IMG/VR virus record: IMGVR_UViG_3300008108_000012
Reading direction: 5' to 3' (one strand)
DNA length: 64,000 nt
DNA from: an uncultured virus (IMG/VR IMGVR_UViG_3300008108_000012)
Taxonomy: Duplodnaviria > Heunggongvirae > Uroviricota > Caudoviricetes
Each line of letters starts with the position of its first letter. The first letter of the stretch is position 1. Positions 17,035 through 27,417 of this stretch are shown here, piece after piece. The notes under the pieces were generated by a model. It was given only the letters and a program-made list of their open reading frames with translations, searched no databases and was not told where the DNA came from. The position numbers and the translations under genes were made by a program.

Positions 17035-20000
17035 AGTCCGCCCCATAATTCTATATACCTAGTAAGAGTATCGGCGATATATTGTTCTTCAGGTGTTGTT
17101 GGATTTGCTGGTATCTCCTGCAATATGTCTGCGATTGTCAGTCCTGACCCATCAAGGAAATGCCCTCCGCTCCGGTTGCTTCTAACGGCCCATGTCTGAG
17201 AAGAATGGACACGCCTCAGCATCGGAGTGGCTGTTCTGTTTAACATCAGCAACACTTTCGGATTATGGAGTGTTATTCTGCTGCTGTCTTGCTCCCAGAA
17301 ATCATAATCGCCAAACCTATAACTGGCGTCTGTGTCGTATTGACTCCTGCTGCTCCAGTTATGACTGTTCTGGTCATGTCTAATCAGAACGTCATACCCC
17401 ATCATTGCTGCTCTGGCATTTGGGTCCATCATCACGATGGAGTGCTGAGCAGCATCTAGACGCCTATTCCACTGAGCGTTTTCCTTTCCGTTGACCCGGT
17501 CAGACTCATCTCGTCGCATTTGTGCCAGTTGAACCATCCAGCTCAAGTGTTGGCCAAGCCAGGCATTTAAAAATTGCCTTTCCCTGATTGCTGACTCATT
17601 GCGGTCGAAGTTTGAAGCTGCAGCTCCACCAGCAAGGTCTGGGATTATGGAATCTGTAACAAAATTTCTTCTGTCCGCCCACTTCTCAAGGGTCATCAGG
17701 CCAGCGCTACCGAGGCCTTGTGATGGGTCAAACGCCCTGGTCAGTTCCAGGATTTTTAGTTGTAGGTTATCCAGGTCGGCCTGGTCATACAGTCCGGTAA
17801 CAGGGTCTATTTTCACTGAATTAACTGGGATATCTGCTGCGTATTCTTGTCCGTGACTAGGATTTGTACCGCTGCCGAAACCTCTTGCACCAAGTGCGTT
17901 TGCAACAGCCCACGTGGCTTCGTAAAATAAATCCGACAAGATACCATTCGAGCCGTTAGTTCTTGCTGAGCTGTCGGTACCTACGAGCAATTCATGCGAA
18001 CCTACCCTGTGATTTCCGCGCACAATCATTCCGATTGCCGAAGACTCACTGTTTGAGCGCCATTCAAAAGGCTGAGCGCTCCAATATTCTCCCGTTCCAT
18101 GCTGTGCTCCGCCTGAACCAAGAAGCGAGCGTTTAGCTCTTAGGAGCAAGTTGGTGAGAAAACTTCCTGAGTTTCTTCCATGAGAATCGATACCTCTGGT
18201 TACAACTAGAGTTTGTCGTTTTCCTGATGAATCTTCAATTTTAGCTATTTCTTTAAATTCTTCTACATCAAGCAATAGTGGGTTTCCGTTGAATCCAGAA
18301 GCCTCCATAAGAGACCATACTGCAGCGGCTCCTGGGGATTGGCGTTGCCAGCCAGTTAGGTTCTCTGGAGGTAAATTGTCTAGCTCTAGGTGTCCAAATA
18401 CGGTGTTTGCTTCCGGCATGCCGGTATATCCGTATTCATCTGCTGGACTTCCTTGGCTTAGATTTCTACGGATTGAGTAATCTATTAGCGCCAATGCTTC
18501 CATTTGGTCGTCGGTTAAAATGGATGGAACATATTCTCCAGTTGCTGGGTCTATGTCTAAAGGAGCTCCAAATCCAAGAGATTTGTGGTCAGACAATATT
18601 TCGACTATTTCTGCTGGGTCGCGCAGTGATGCGTTTGTAACAACACCATCACCGTGTCTATCAAGTACTGGCAATAATTCAATGGGGTCAATGTCTTCTG
18701 GTGAATACCCAGGCATAGAGCGCCTACCTAGTGCGGTTTGCGCACTACGTATAGCTTCGAGCCTCTCCATTCTCTTGTTCGCTTCTCTTGAACGCGACTC
18801 TAAAGATACAAGCTCGGACTGAGCAAGGCTTTGCATTATTCGTGGATTGGTGAGTATGTGCTTAGTGAGTAGGTACTCCGCTTGCTCAGCAATAACACCA
18901 TTAGTGATGTATTCGGTGGCAATGCTGAGCTCAGCGTCTATCTCGCGATTCTCTGGGCGGAATTGGGAGCGATTACGCCACTGGTTAAGGAAGTCGTTTC
19001 TGCGGTCACCAGCATTTTTAGCAACGGACGAAAGGTCTTCCGCCGCACGCTGCCACGCTGCATCACGTAGCTGCTCGACAGACTCAATATCTGCTTGTGT
19101 TATGTCAAATCTTCCGCCGAATCTTTTACCCCATGTGTCGTTCCAGCCAGTTATTTCTTGTGGTGTGCCGCTATCCAGCAGCTGACGCATTTTTTGCGAC
19201 GCGTAATCCAACTGGAGTGCAGCGTTCAGCGACCGGAATATTTTTGTATCAAGTAATGTTCGGTTTGCATTCGCTAAACTATTGTGCTGCGCCACATTTG
19301 GAGCTATTGGTTGGGTGCTCGGTATATAAACAGTCTCAAACGGCAAGTCAGCAAATACGCCTATTGCGTCAAGTACCGTCTGCCCACGGGGTGCGTGGGG
19401 CCCAACTGCCATACCAGAATACGAGACAATGTCGCCTGATGAACCAGGTAAGTAATCAGAGAAAAGACCGTTTTCTGTTGGTGATTTTCTTGATGCGTTT
19501 CTTATTGCCCTCAATATTCCTGCGGCATTGTCGCTACCGGAAAGCGTAGGGGAATGAATTGGTGCTGAATATAGAGACACGCCTTCTTCTGATTCCAGAC
19601 CGTCTGCCTTAGAAAGAAGCGGGCTCAACAGCGACGACAGCATAAATGCAGTCGGAGCTGGGTCTGCGCCAATCTTGTCTGTCAGCTTTCGGTATGGCTC
19701 AGTCTGGTCGGCAGGTTTTGTTGCGGCAATCTGACGCCATCTATTTCTTACTAAGTAAAATGCTTCGGTAAATGAATTCGGTTTTGCTACGACGGCATTA
19801 ACAGCATCTGGCCTAGAAGTAAGAGCGGCTTCTGGATTCGTGCTTGAAACTCCAGGAGCTATGACTGCCGATTGTCGACTAGGAGCACCAGGTCCGGAAG
19901 TAAGAAGAATTTTAGGAAACTCCCCGCCTAAATCGTCGATTCCGTTTGTAGAAGATTCCTCTAAAGGAACAGGAACATGGACAAAGTCTGCTGATTCAAA

Positions 20001-23000
20001 ATCGAGACCACTTAAGTCTTCTACGTAACGGTTTGTTGACGTATCAAAATACATTCCGTTTTGATAAACAATTGTTCCAGTAGCATCGCCCTCCCCCGGA
20101 ATGAGGGCTGGTCCAGTTTGCGGCCTTGGCGATGAAGGCGTAAACGACTCTTCAGACGGTTCGTAGAGATTTATTGCTCCACTCGGATATGTTCTCTTAG
20201 ACGTTGCTGGGTCTGTGTCCCCTCTGTCTGAAAGCCTTGAATCCATTGCTCTTGAATCACTGGAAACGTGAATCATGTCTGGCGTCATTGCGCGGCGGCG
20301 CTTTTGCTCGGAGTCTGGTACTGGGTTTACGCTTGTGCCTAAAAGTAGATGCCTGCGGCCCGGCTTTAGGTTGTTGACATGCATAACGTCTCGTGACTGC
20401 AACATGTCATCAAGTACGGCAAGGTCGTGAAGGTTGTTTGTTGCAATTCCAGCTTCGCGTTTTTTGCCACGACGTTGGAGGTCATCAATGAGGTCTTTGA
20501 TTGCCTCTTCGGTCAGTTGGTCTTTTTTGTTTAGACCCAATTGACGTCTAAAGTCATCGGCGATTTGTACCTGCAGTTTATCTGCTTCTTCTAGCAGTGA
20601 CTCCTCCTGAAGAGTTGTAAGAGAAGTTGGAGCTAATGCGCCAGTACGTTGCTTTGTTGCAAATGAGTATGGGAACGTATCTGAAGGTGTCCCATTCTCA
20701 AACTGGGAACGAACGTCCTCAATTGTATTGTCGCCACGAGTGAATGCTCGTTCTCTGGAACGAAGACCAGGGATAATCTGCTCTGGGTTTATGTCTTGCT
20801 GTTGGCGTCTACGGAATTTACCTAAAACTGTCTGCAAGAATCCCGGCTGCTCAGTGATGTTGTCGAGCCGTTTATGCGTCGAGTTTGAGCCAACGGGCAA
20901 AAATACAGTTTCTCCAGATGGAGCCACTCTCGTGACCAGAGTCATAAGGTGTTGGCCATCTTTGCCAATCATGTGCGTTGTGCCGGATTCGTTGTTTACG
21001 ATTGCAATGGGCGGTTTTGTTTCGTTCCTCGAATCGTAAACGTATGTATATCCTCCATACTCTTTCCATTCGGCAAAACCCCAGTTGGATACTTCTCCAG
21101 GAGCAGAATCCTTGTCAGGGTCATTTATGTCTTCTAGCCACTTTCTGCCTTCTTCAGCAAGCTGCGGCAAACGGTCAATATCGCGTTGCGATACGAGCGG
21201 GAAGAATGAACCTCCAAGCTCGTGTAATGAAGCATTAAGGGTGTCTATTCGTTGCTGGTTTACGCCAGAGCCCCACCAATCATTGCCAGCGGAAAAGTTA
21301 TCTGGGAGCAACCAGTCATATACGCCATCTATCGGTGGAAGTGCATTGCGTGCCTCTATCGACTCTCCGCTTTCTTCCATTCTGCGAAGCTCGTCGGAGT
21401 AAACGTTTATGTCGATATCCGGTGCCTGCATTGAAATGGGTCTTGGCTCGCCTGACCGACGACGTGACCTCTCATACAGCGCAGCTTCTATGCGTTGACG
21501 TATCGGGCGTGTGTCTTTTGGTGTACGCCCCTTTAGCATCCTTCTTGCGCTGCGGCGTTCTCTACTTAGTTGGCGACCTTCTCCATCAAGGAAGCGCGAT
21601 ACAACACCAGGAGACTGGGGCGTAGGACCAGATGTGCGACGACGCCGGCGTCCGCGCCCGGGTGCAGGGCCTCCGTCAAGCACCAGAAAGTTTTGTTCAC
21701 CAGTCCAAATATTCACATTAGGGTCGTCTAGGGCTCGCTGACCTTCTGGGGTGATTATTGTTTCTTGGCTCATGCGGCCAGAAATAAGACCACCGGTTCT
21801 CGTGTCTACGACAGAATTTGATGTGCCAGGGATATGTACCGACGTTGACCCGGTCCGACCCCTCCCGCCTGCACCCTTGATATATAGCGGAGCACCCTTT
21901 TGGTTGAAGCCGATAACCCTGTAATGTTCGTGCCATTTAGTGGCCTGGTCATAATAGAAAGCAGGCGGCTGAGCACCGTGATACCCTGGGTCCACCCATT
22001 GTTTCGCAGCAAGCTCTACGAGCTCAAACGTAGGCATTTGCCCACTAGCTGCTCTCTCTACGACATCTTCCGGAACATCTAAAAACGTTGTGTTTGACCA
22101 CAGCATATATAGACCTGCATCAGTTGCCGTAATTGGTTGTCTGTTCTCGTCTAATGGATTATCCGTCCAGCGATTTAGACTTATTGAATCTACAGCTATT
22201 TGTCGTACTTCTTCAACGCCATCAGTCCTTGTTACAACACGCACGTTGTATACATTCCCAATTTGACCAGACCTAAACTTTGTACTGAAGTCGTAATCTT
22301 GAAAAATAAATTTGGTTATATCGGGGTCTTCTGAGTCGTCCGCTGTAATCAGTACGCCAGCGGCGTGTTCTGACACTATTCCGTCTATAAGGTTTTTGAG
22401 CCGAGCAAAATGAGGTGTCGGTTCGCCAATTACACTATTGAATCCAAAGTTCCAATCTTCGCGACGCTCAGGTACTGGTTTGTTGTTTGTGGTGTAGTCG
22501 TACCAGTCTCTGAACTCTGGTTCTTTAAAGTTGGACAGTTGTGCGTATCGCACGGTTGCCTCTATCGGGTCATCAATATCAGAGAATAGAGACTGAAGAA
22601 TGTTTGCACCGTTTATGGCGCTCGAGTCTTTAGATTTTGAAGCTTTTTGGCGGCGACGCTTTTCGCGACGTGTTTTCTGGTCTTCATCTAGCAAGGGGTC
22701 AAGGTTTGCAATCCACGAACCAAGACGTTTTCTGCTATCGCGCCATGCATCTCCAAACCTTTTTGCGACGGTTGGCGGCAATTCATCTGGCTCAAATTCC
22801 ATGTCGCCGATGGAGCCGCCTTGCGCTGGTTTTGTCTTCTTCTTGCCTTTGCCGCGAGTGTCTCCGTCAAAACGGCCTTTGCCTTTGTCTTTTAAGCTTG
22901 ACCGAACTCCAATAAATCCATTGTCTTTTTGAATTTTACGAAGTTCTTTTGCTTCAACAAACTCAATGGTTTCATCACCAGGGAAACCTCGCCCCTTACG

Positions 23001-24383
23001 CATTTCAATCCAGTCATGTGCTGGTTTGGTCGCGCGATTGATAGACGCCATAGCGAGTACTTCTTCTACGGTGACCCACTTATGATTGGCATGGAAATTT
23101 TCTACTTGATTACCGGAATCATCTGTTAAAAATTCTCTTCCGTAGTATGGATTAGAGTGCATTTCATCCATGTCCACAAGAACACGAGGGACCATGAGTT
23201 CGCCATTGATGTCGACAGCCTGCCCTTTGTCGTCTGCCATCATCTTGTCGTACTGGACATAGCCTCCAAGTTTTGAACCAGGTATTTTTCCACCAAAATC
23301 GCGGAGCTTGCGTATCTTCTTACTGTCTAGCTTTTCCTCTGATACGTCCCTAACCCTGCGGTCTCTGCGCTGTTGACTCGCCCCAATATTCCTGAGTGAT
23401 TCTTGCTCTACGTTGGATGCAAACCGACGAAGCTTTACTGCTCCAGCAGCACGTGCGCGAGACACTCTGCTTGCGTCTGGCGTAAAACTTGAATAAATAT
23501 CTCTTAGAGATTCCCCAGAACGATGTTTGCGTTTGTTTTCTTTAGCTAAACGCTCTTGTTCTTTTTTTCCTTCTTTTTCGATAAGACTGCGAACGCGGCG
23601 TGCTGCGCGACGTTCTTGTCGGTCAGCAAATTCACGCTGTCTAGTTTCTGCTCGCTGGTCAATTAATGAACCAGAGCGATACAGGAAACCTCTCGGGTCT
23701 TCTAGTCCTGGGAGCTGCATCTGAAGTTTATTTCTGTCTTCAATGCTCATCAGAGATTGACCAAGACGTCGAACAAGACCAGTGGTGCAACCAAGACCCA
23801 TTCTGTTAGTGAACTGGCCGCCATTGGTGGTCTCTGGTGGGCAACGCCATCCTTGACGGTCGTTATCCCAAATAGCTCTAGCCCACTTCACCTCAAGAGC
23901 AAGCGCCCGCCTGTTTCTGTCGGCGTTGAAAGCTTTAGCCTTGTAATCAGCAAGCTGAGATTTGTATGCAACATCTATGGAAGCCAGCGATATTTCAGAC
24001 AACGGCCACACCGATATGGGCGTGTAGTCCGGAAGGTCTTCCTCGTCATACTCCTGCGGCTGACTTTCTGACTTAACTTGAACTATTTCTAGCAGAGCTT
24101 TTTTATTTAACTCTGCCATTAGCAAGTCCATTGCTTCTTGACCTAAGTAGCTACTGATTGAGCTCTCGTTAAATTTTTTTGCTGGAATTGATGGTTCAGC
24201 AACCAGGCGAACATCTAGAACATCTTGTATTTCTTCTACGGATGTTTCTTGACTATTGACCCATTCTGCCCAGTCTTCTCCTTGTCCAGGAGAGCCATAT
24301 GCCGTGACAGAACCTTTGTCTATCAGGAGGACAGCAAAAGGGGACCCGTCTATTTTGTCTTTAACAAGAGAAATTTGTTTCAT
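17031..24383 (-). CDS. Giant protein, 2450 aa, with N-terminal RCP..FT..C module and putative C-terminal ADP-ribosyltransferase-like domain
   Basis: Uninterrupted ORF; LEVK followed by WRCPPETTNGGQFTNRMGLGC; one ISGRM at 21771-21785; C-terminal SGFNGNP..VEEF..VTRGI..HGTGEYWS..AAMMGYDVL..LLMLNR pattern resembling ART domains of phage head proteins. The ORF is solid; the ART call is tentative. Confidence 0.75.
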   Translation of the reverse strand: MKQISLVKDKIDGSPFAVLLIDKGSVTAYGSPGQGEDWAEWVNSQETSVEEIQDVLDVRLVAEPSIPAKKFNESSISSYLGQEAMDLLMAELNKKALLEIVQVKSESQPQEYDEEDLPDYTPISVWPLSEISLASIDVAYKSQLADYKAKAFNADRNRRALALEVKWARAIWDNDRQGWRCPPETTNGGQFTNRMGLGCTTGLVRRLGQSLMSIEDRNKLQMQLPGLEDPRGFLYRSGSLIDQRAETRQREFADRQERRAARRVRSLIEKEGKKEQERLAKENKRKHRSGESLRDIYSSFTPDASRVSRARAAGAVKLRRFASNVEQESLRNIGASQQRRDRRVRDVSEEKLDSKKIRKLRDFGGKIPGSKLGGYVQYDKMMADDKGQAVDINGELMVPRVLVDMDEMHSNPYYGREFLTDDSGNQVENFHANHKWVTVEEVLAMASINRATKPAHDWIEMRKGRGFPGDETIEFVEAKELRKIQKDNGFIGVRSSLKDKGKGRFDGDTRGKGKKKTKPAQGGSIGDMEFEPDELPPTVAKRFGDAWRDSRKRLGSWIANLDPLLDEDQKTRREKRRRQKASKSKDSSAINGANILQSLFSDIDDPIEATVRYAQLSNFKEPEFRDWYDYTTNNKPVPERREDWNFGFNSVIGEPTPHFARLKNLIDGIVSEHAAGVLITADDSEDPDITKFIFQDYDFSTKFRSGQIGNVYNVRVVTRTDGVEEVRQIAVDSISLNRWTDNPLDENRQPITATDAGLYMLWSNTTFLDVPEDVVERAASGQMPTFELVELAAKQWVDPGYHGAQPPAFYYDQATKWHEHYRVIGFNQKGAPLYIKGAGGRGRTGSTSVHIPGTSNSVVDTRTGGLISGRMSQETIITPEGQRALDDPNVNIWTGEQNFLVLDGGPAPGRGRRRRRTSGPTPQSPGVVSRFLDGEGRQLSRERRSARRMLKGRTPKDTRPIRQRIEAALYERSRRRSGEPRPISMQAPDIDINVYSDELRRMEESGESIEARNALPPIDGVYDWLLPDNFSAGNDWWGSGVNQQRIDTLNASLHELGGSFFPLVSQRDIDRLPQLAEEGRKWLEDINDPDKDSAPGEVSNWGFAEWKEYGGYTYVYDSRNETKPPIAIVNNESGTTHMIGKDGQHLMTLVTRVAPSGETVFLPVGSNSTHKRLDNITEQPGFLQTVLGKFRRRQQQDINPEQIIPGLRSRERAFTRGDNTIEDVRSQFENGTPSDTFPYSFATKQRTGALAPTSLTTLQEESLLEEADKLQVQIADDFRRQLGLNKKDQLTEEAIKDLIDDLQRRGKKREAGIATNNLHDLAVLDDMLQSRDVMHVNNLKPGRRHLLLGTSVNPVPDSEQKRRRAMTPDMIHVSSDSRAMDSRLSDRGDTDPATSKRTYPSGAINLYEPSEESFTPSSPRPQTGPALIPGEGDATGTIVYQNGMYFDTSTNRYVEDLSGLDFESADFVHVPVPLEESSTNGIDDLGGEFPKILLTSGPGAPSRQSAVIAPGVSSTNPEAALTSRPDAVNAVVAKPNSFTEAFYLVRNRWRQIAATKPADQTEPYRKLTDKIGADPAPTAFMLSSLLSPLLSKADGLESEEGVSLYSAPIHSPTLSGSDNAAGILRAIRNASRKSPTENGLFSDYLPGSSGDIVSYSGMAVGPHAPRGQTVLDAIGVFADLPFETVYIPSTQPIAPNVAQHNSLANANRTLLDTKIFRSLNAALQLDYASQKMRQLLDSGTPQEITGWNDTWGKRFGGRFDITQADIESVEQLRDAAWQRAAEDLSSVAKNAGDRRNDFLNQWRNRSQFRPENREIDAELSIATEYITNGVIAEQAEYLLTKHILTNPRIMQSLAQSELVSLESRSREANKRMERLEAIRSAQTALGRRSMPGYSPEDIDPIELLPVLDRHGDGVVTNASLRDPAEIVEILSDHKSLGFGAPLDIDPATGEYVPSILTDDQMEALALIDYSIRRNLSQGSPADEYGYTGMPEANTVFGHLELDNLPPENLTGWQRQSPGAAAVWSLMEASGFNGNPLLLDVEEFKEIAKIEDSSGKRQTLVVTRGIDSHGRNSGSFLTNLLLRAKRSLLGSGGAQHGTGEYWSAQPFEWRSNSESSAIGMIVRGNHRVGSHELLVGTDSSARTNGSNGILSDLFYEATWAVANALGARGFGSGTNPSHGQEYAADIPVNSVKIDPVTGLYDQADLDNLQLKILELTRAFDPSQGLGSAGLMTLEKWADRRNFVTDSIIPDLAGGAAASNFDRNESAIRERQFLNAWLGQHLSWMVQLAQMRRDESDRVNGKENAQWNRRLDAAQHSIVMMDPNARAAMMGYDVLIRHDQNSHNWSSRSQYDTDASYRFGDYDFWEQDSSRITLHNPKVLLMLNRTATPMLRRVHSSQTWAVRSNRSGGHFLDGSGLTIADILQEIPANPTTPEEQYIADTLTRYIELWGGL

Positions 24384-24384
24384 T

Positions 24385-26445
24385 TTACTTTAGACCGAGA
24401 ACTTTTATAAATGCTGCCCGCGACGTGCGAAGCGTTTCAAGCCGCCTATTAAAAAGGTTTTCGATAATTCCAAGGTGTCGTTTTTCTGCCTGAGATAAAG
24501 AACCGTCTAAAGTTAGACGCCTTCTCATGTCCGCAAAGTCTATATCTTGCGCACGCTCTATATATGCAGCAATGATTTGTAAAGCTTTTTTGCGTTGCTC
24601 AGCCTGCAAGCGCTCGAAATTTTTGCGATACATTTCGCGCAACTGCTGGCCAAAAAAATCATCAATCGAAGAATCCATTCTGACTCTTACATTTCGAGCA
24701 TTTGATGTCGGCAAACCAGCCATCGGATTTATTGATGAGACAGCACGCATTGAGCCGCTAATGTTCACCGGAGCAATATTCGCCGGAGACCTACCGTATG
24801 TATCGGTAAGCCAGTCAGCAATAGCCAGTCCAACCAAATCCTCTGCAGCGACGTTTTTAAGACCGTCTGAACGTGATTGCGAGCCCTTGGTGGCAGCATC
24901 CTGTGCTTCCCCAATAAGATACGGACGCCTATTTCCGCTTCCAGCAACCCTCACTTTTGGCGCGATTAGACCTAGAGACCTTTGCACTTCTGATGCAAAT
25001 GCTGCACCTAGATGCTCAAAGTCTTTTTTCGGTTTCATTTCAAAGACAGTTTGTCCATCTGCACGCTCGTGAAGAATTACTCCTTCTTTGAGTTTCCCAG
25101 TCTTGTAAAGTCGACTACGTCTTAGAGCCTCTACGCGAATTGCGCTAGATATATTTTCTAAAGAACCGCCTGCGTTTAAGTGACGTACGGCTCCAGAAAG
25201 ATTGTCAATTTTTTTGCCGGGGGACAGCGTGTCGCCGTCCTCTGTATCTACTTCTGCTGGCGTTTTTTTAGTTGGTTTTTTGGCGTAAAACGCTTCATAA
25301 ACCCATCTTTTCACACGTGTTTTAACGTTCGAGCCAGGAATCTTTGCCACAACTATTTCGTTGGGGTTTGATATTTGCTCGAAAGACTCTTCATATCTAA
25401 CAGCGTCGCCCATTTCTTCTGCTACAAGTCTCAATCTTGCTGCTGGGTCGGAACTGTTGTCGGCCCTCATTGCGACATTCACGGTTTTACCGAGTTTGCG
25501 TCTTTCACCAACAGTCAGGGGCCTGGCTTTTTCAATATTAAGGGTTGAGCCACCATTAAGGACATAGACAAGCTTCTGAATTCCTGTGTTGGAAAGTAGA
25601 CCTAGTTCGTCTTGTCCAATCGTCTTCGGCTCAAGAGCTGTCTGTATGAACGTTGCACCTTCCATGTCTCTGTTGTCAGGAATCGTTCGTAGCACAGCAT
25701 TGCTAACAACTGGCTCAAGAACAAATCCATCACGACGCACCATTCTTCTGTACGGTTCCGTAACGCTCGACATTGCAGAGACGATTGATTCTGTATTGGA
25801 GTTTCTTACTCTTTTATTGAGGGAAGATACTCTAGGTATCTGTGGTGCCCTGCTTTGAATTATGTCTCCGGACACAGAAAGCGCACCCACGCGACTTGTC
25901 GTGGGTTTAAAACCGTCAATTAAAGAATCTGCAGACCGCCTAAGCGCTGTTCCTATTACGGCACCAATCGTGCCTGGAAGGTCAAATAACTGCTTGCCGC
26001 ATGTAGAAAAACGTGAGTCAGTGAATCTTCCGCCGAACTGGTAACCCTCTGGGCATCTGTAGCCACGGTTTGGCTTGCCATAAGCAAAAGGGTTGGCACC
26101 ACGAACACCACCGGGGGTAACAAGCCTGGCTAGTCCTGACCGTACTGGGCTTCGCAGTGGGGCAGTGTCTCCAGGGACAAGCATTGAACCAACGGATTGA
26201 ACCCCTTGTAAGAATGGGCTTGTCGACGTGATTGAACCAACTTTTACTTCTAGCCCCTGACGTCCGCCTCGGCGCTGCATTGCACACTTGTACAGAACTG
26301 CAGCACGATAACTGGAGTCTTTGGGTAGTGGCTCTTCAAATGCGTTGACGTGCGTCAGCGCTAACTCTGGCATCACGTGCCGAGTCTGGATTATTGGTTG
26401 CAGCCCTTTTTCGCTGCAGCAATCAGAAAGAGATACTGTCTTCAT
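24385..26445 (-). CDS. 686-aa protein with RCP..FT..C module and C-terminal HipA/PI3-4-kinase-like domain (probably degenerate)
   Basis: YRCPEGYQFGGRFTDSRFSTC; AFASEVQRSLGLIAPKVR...LAIADWLTDTYGRSPANI resembles the D..xxNxDRHxxN catalytic region of PI3/4K/HipA-like kinases. Confidence 0.7.
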   Translation of the reverse strand: MKTVSLSDCCSEKGLQPIIQTRHVMPELALTHVNAFEEPLPKDSSYRAAVLYKCAMQRRGGRQGLEVKVGSITSTSPFLQGVQSVGSMLVPGDTAPLRSPVRSGLARLVTPGGVRGANPFAYGKPNRGYRCPEGYQFGGRFTDSRFSTCGKQLFDLPGTIGAVIGTALRRSADSLIDGFKPTTSRVGALSVSGDIIQSRAPQIPRVSSLNKRVRNSNTESIVSAMSSVTEPYRRMVRRDGFVLEPVVSNAVLRTIPDNRDMEGATFIQTALEPKTIGQDELGLLSNTGIQKLVYVLNGGSTLNIEKARPLTVGERRKLGKTVNVAMRADNSSDPAARLRLVAEEMGDAVRYEESFEQISNPNEIVVAKIPGSNVKTRVKRWVYEAFYAKKPTKKTPAEVDTEDGDTLSPGKKIDNLSGAVRHLNAGGSLENISSAIRVEALRRSRLYKTGKLKEGVILHERADGQTVFEMKPKKDFEHLGAAFASEVQRSLGLIAPKVRVAGSGNRRPYLIGEAQDAATKGSQSRSDGLKNVAAEDLVGLAIADWLTDTYGRSPANIAPVNISGSMRAVSSINPMAGLPTSNARNVRVRMDSSIDDFFGQQLREMYRKNFERLQAEQRKKALQIIAAYIERAQDIDFADMRRRLTLDGSLSQAEKRHLGIIENLFNRRLETLRTSRAAFIKVLGLK

Positions 26446-27067
26446 CTACCGGGACCATCTTAATTTTAGGAGTTTCAAAACCATGCGTATGCTCCCAGCT
26501 GGATTCGTCTATGAGCATTTTGCAAAAGTCTGGTTCCATTTCAAAGAAATCTTGTAAAACCTTAAAAGCATGGTCGTAATCTTCATTAGTGATTACTGGC
26601 GCAAACGGCTCATCGGGGGTTACTACACCAGAAAATTGTAGACTCTTTCTGGTCGCCCTAGATGTAAGTTTTCTCATCCTGTCATCAAAGTCTTTGTCTG
26701 TCCAAAGGCTGCCCTGGGTGCCCTTTTTAAGCTTCTTTTTGCAGTTCTTCATGCCGGGGTGGTGGCATCCCTCGTTAGGCCATAGACCCGTTGTTTCATG
26801 ATGCAACCAAGCGCAGATATTCTCCAGTGGGTAAAGCTCAGGATGGTCTGCCAGGATTACGCGACAACGCCTGAAGCCGCCCGGTTTTTTCATTATTGGA
26901 CGCCAGTATCTAAGGAGTCTTTCGAGATTTCCCCTTCTGGGCCCCCGACCTTTTAGTACGTCGCCAGTAAGTCTTTCCTGGGGGATGACAGCACCGGCAG
27001 GTCCGCCCGCCTTTTCTTCGTCTACAATTATAATTTTATTGGAGAGAAATTTCTCAAAAGTATCCAC
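26423..27067 (-). CDS. Head-associated hypothetical protein (214 aa) with Cys/His motif
   Basis: NLERLLRYW..PGGFRRC..ICAWLHHETTGLWP resembles a small Cys/His domain I recall from actinophage head-region proteins. Confidence 0.7.
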   Translation of the reverse strand: MDTFEKFLSNKIIIVDEEKAGGPAGAVIPQERLTGDVLKGRGPRRGNLERLLRYWRPIMKKPGGFRRCRVILADHPELYPLENICAWLHHETTGLWPNEGCHHPGMKNCKKKLKKGTQGSLWTDKDFDDRMRKLTSRATRKSLQFSGVVTPDEPFAPVITNEDYDHAFKVLQDFFEMEPDFCKMLIDESSWEHTHGFETPKIKMVPVDEDSISF

Positions 27068-27093
27068 TAGGTATCCTTGCGGCAGGGCTAATT

Positions 27094-27417
27094 CTAGAAC
27101 AGATAATCTGTCGTAGTTCTTATTGTATCTAATGCGCGACTCACTTTGAGGTTGTATGGGTTTTCATCCTCGCTAACCCTCCATTGCGGTGGCATAAAGC
27201 GGGAAACCCACTCCGCATTTGAGACATTTCTTGACCAGAGCATTTTCTGTGTTTTGGTTATTGTTAGTTCTTCTAAATCTGGTCTTTTGTCAACAAAATC
27301 CCAAAAACTGATTTCAGTCATTCTGTTTCTGGTTTGATAAATGCCGTCTGTCTTGCCGCCTATGACAAAGTAGAGCTTGCCTCCGTCTCCAGTTTTCCCA
27401 ACCAATACCTTTTTCAT
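27094..27417 (-). CDS. Small hypothetical protein (107 aa) coupled to the 1723-aa protein
   Basis: ATGA overlap at 27414-27417. Confidence 0.7.
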   Translation of the reverse strand: MKKVLVGKTGDGGKLYFVIGGKTDGIYQTRNRMTEISFWDFVDKRPDLEELTITKTQKMLWSRNVSNAEWVSRFMPPQWRVSEDENPYNLKVSRALDTIRTTTDYLF

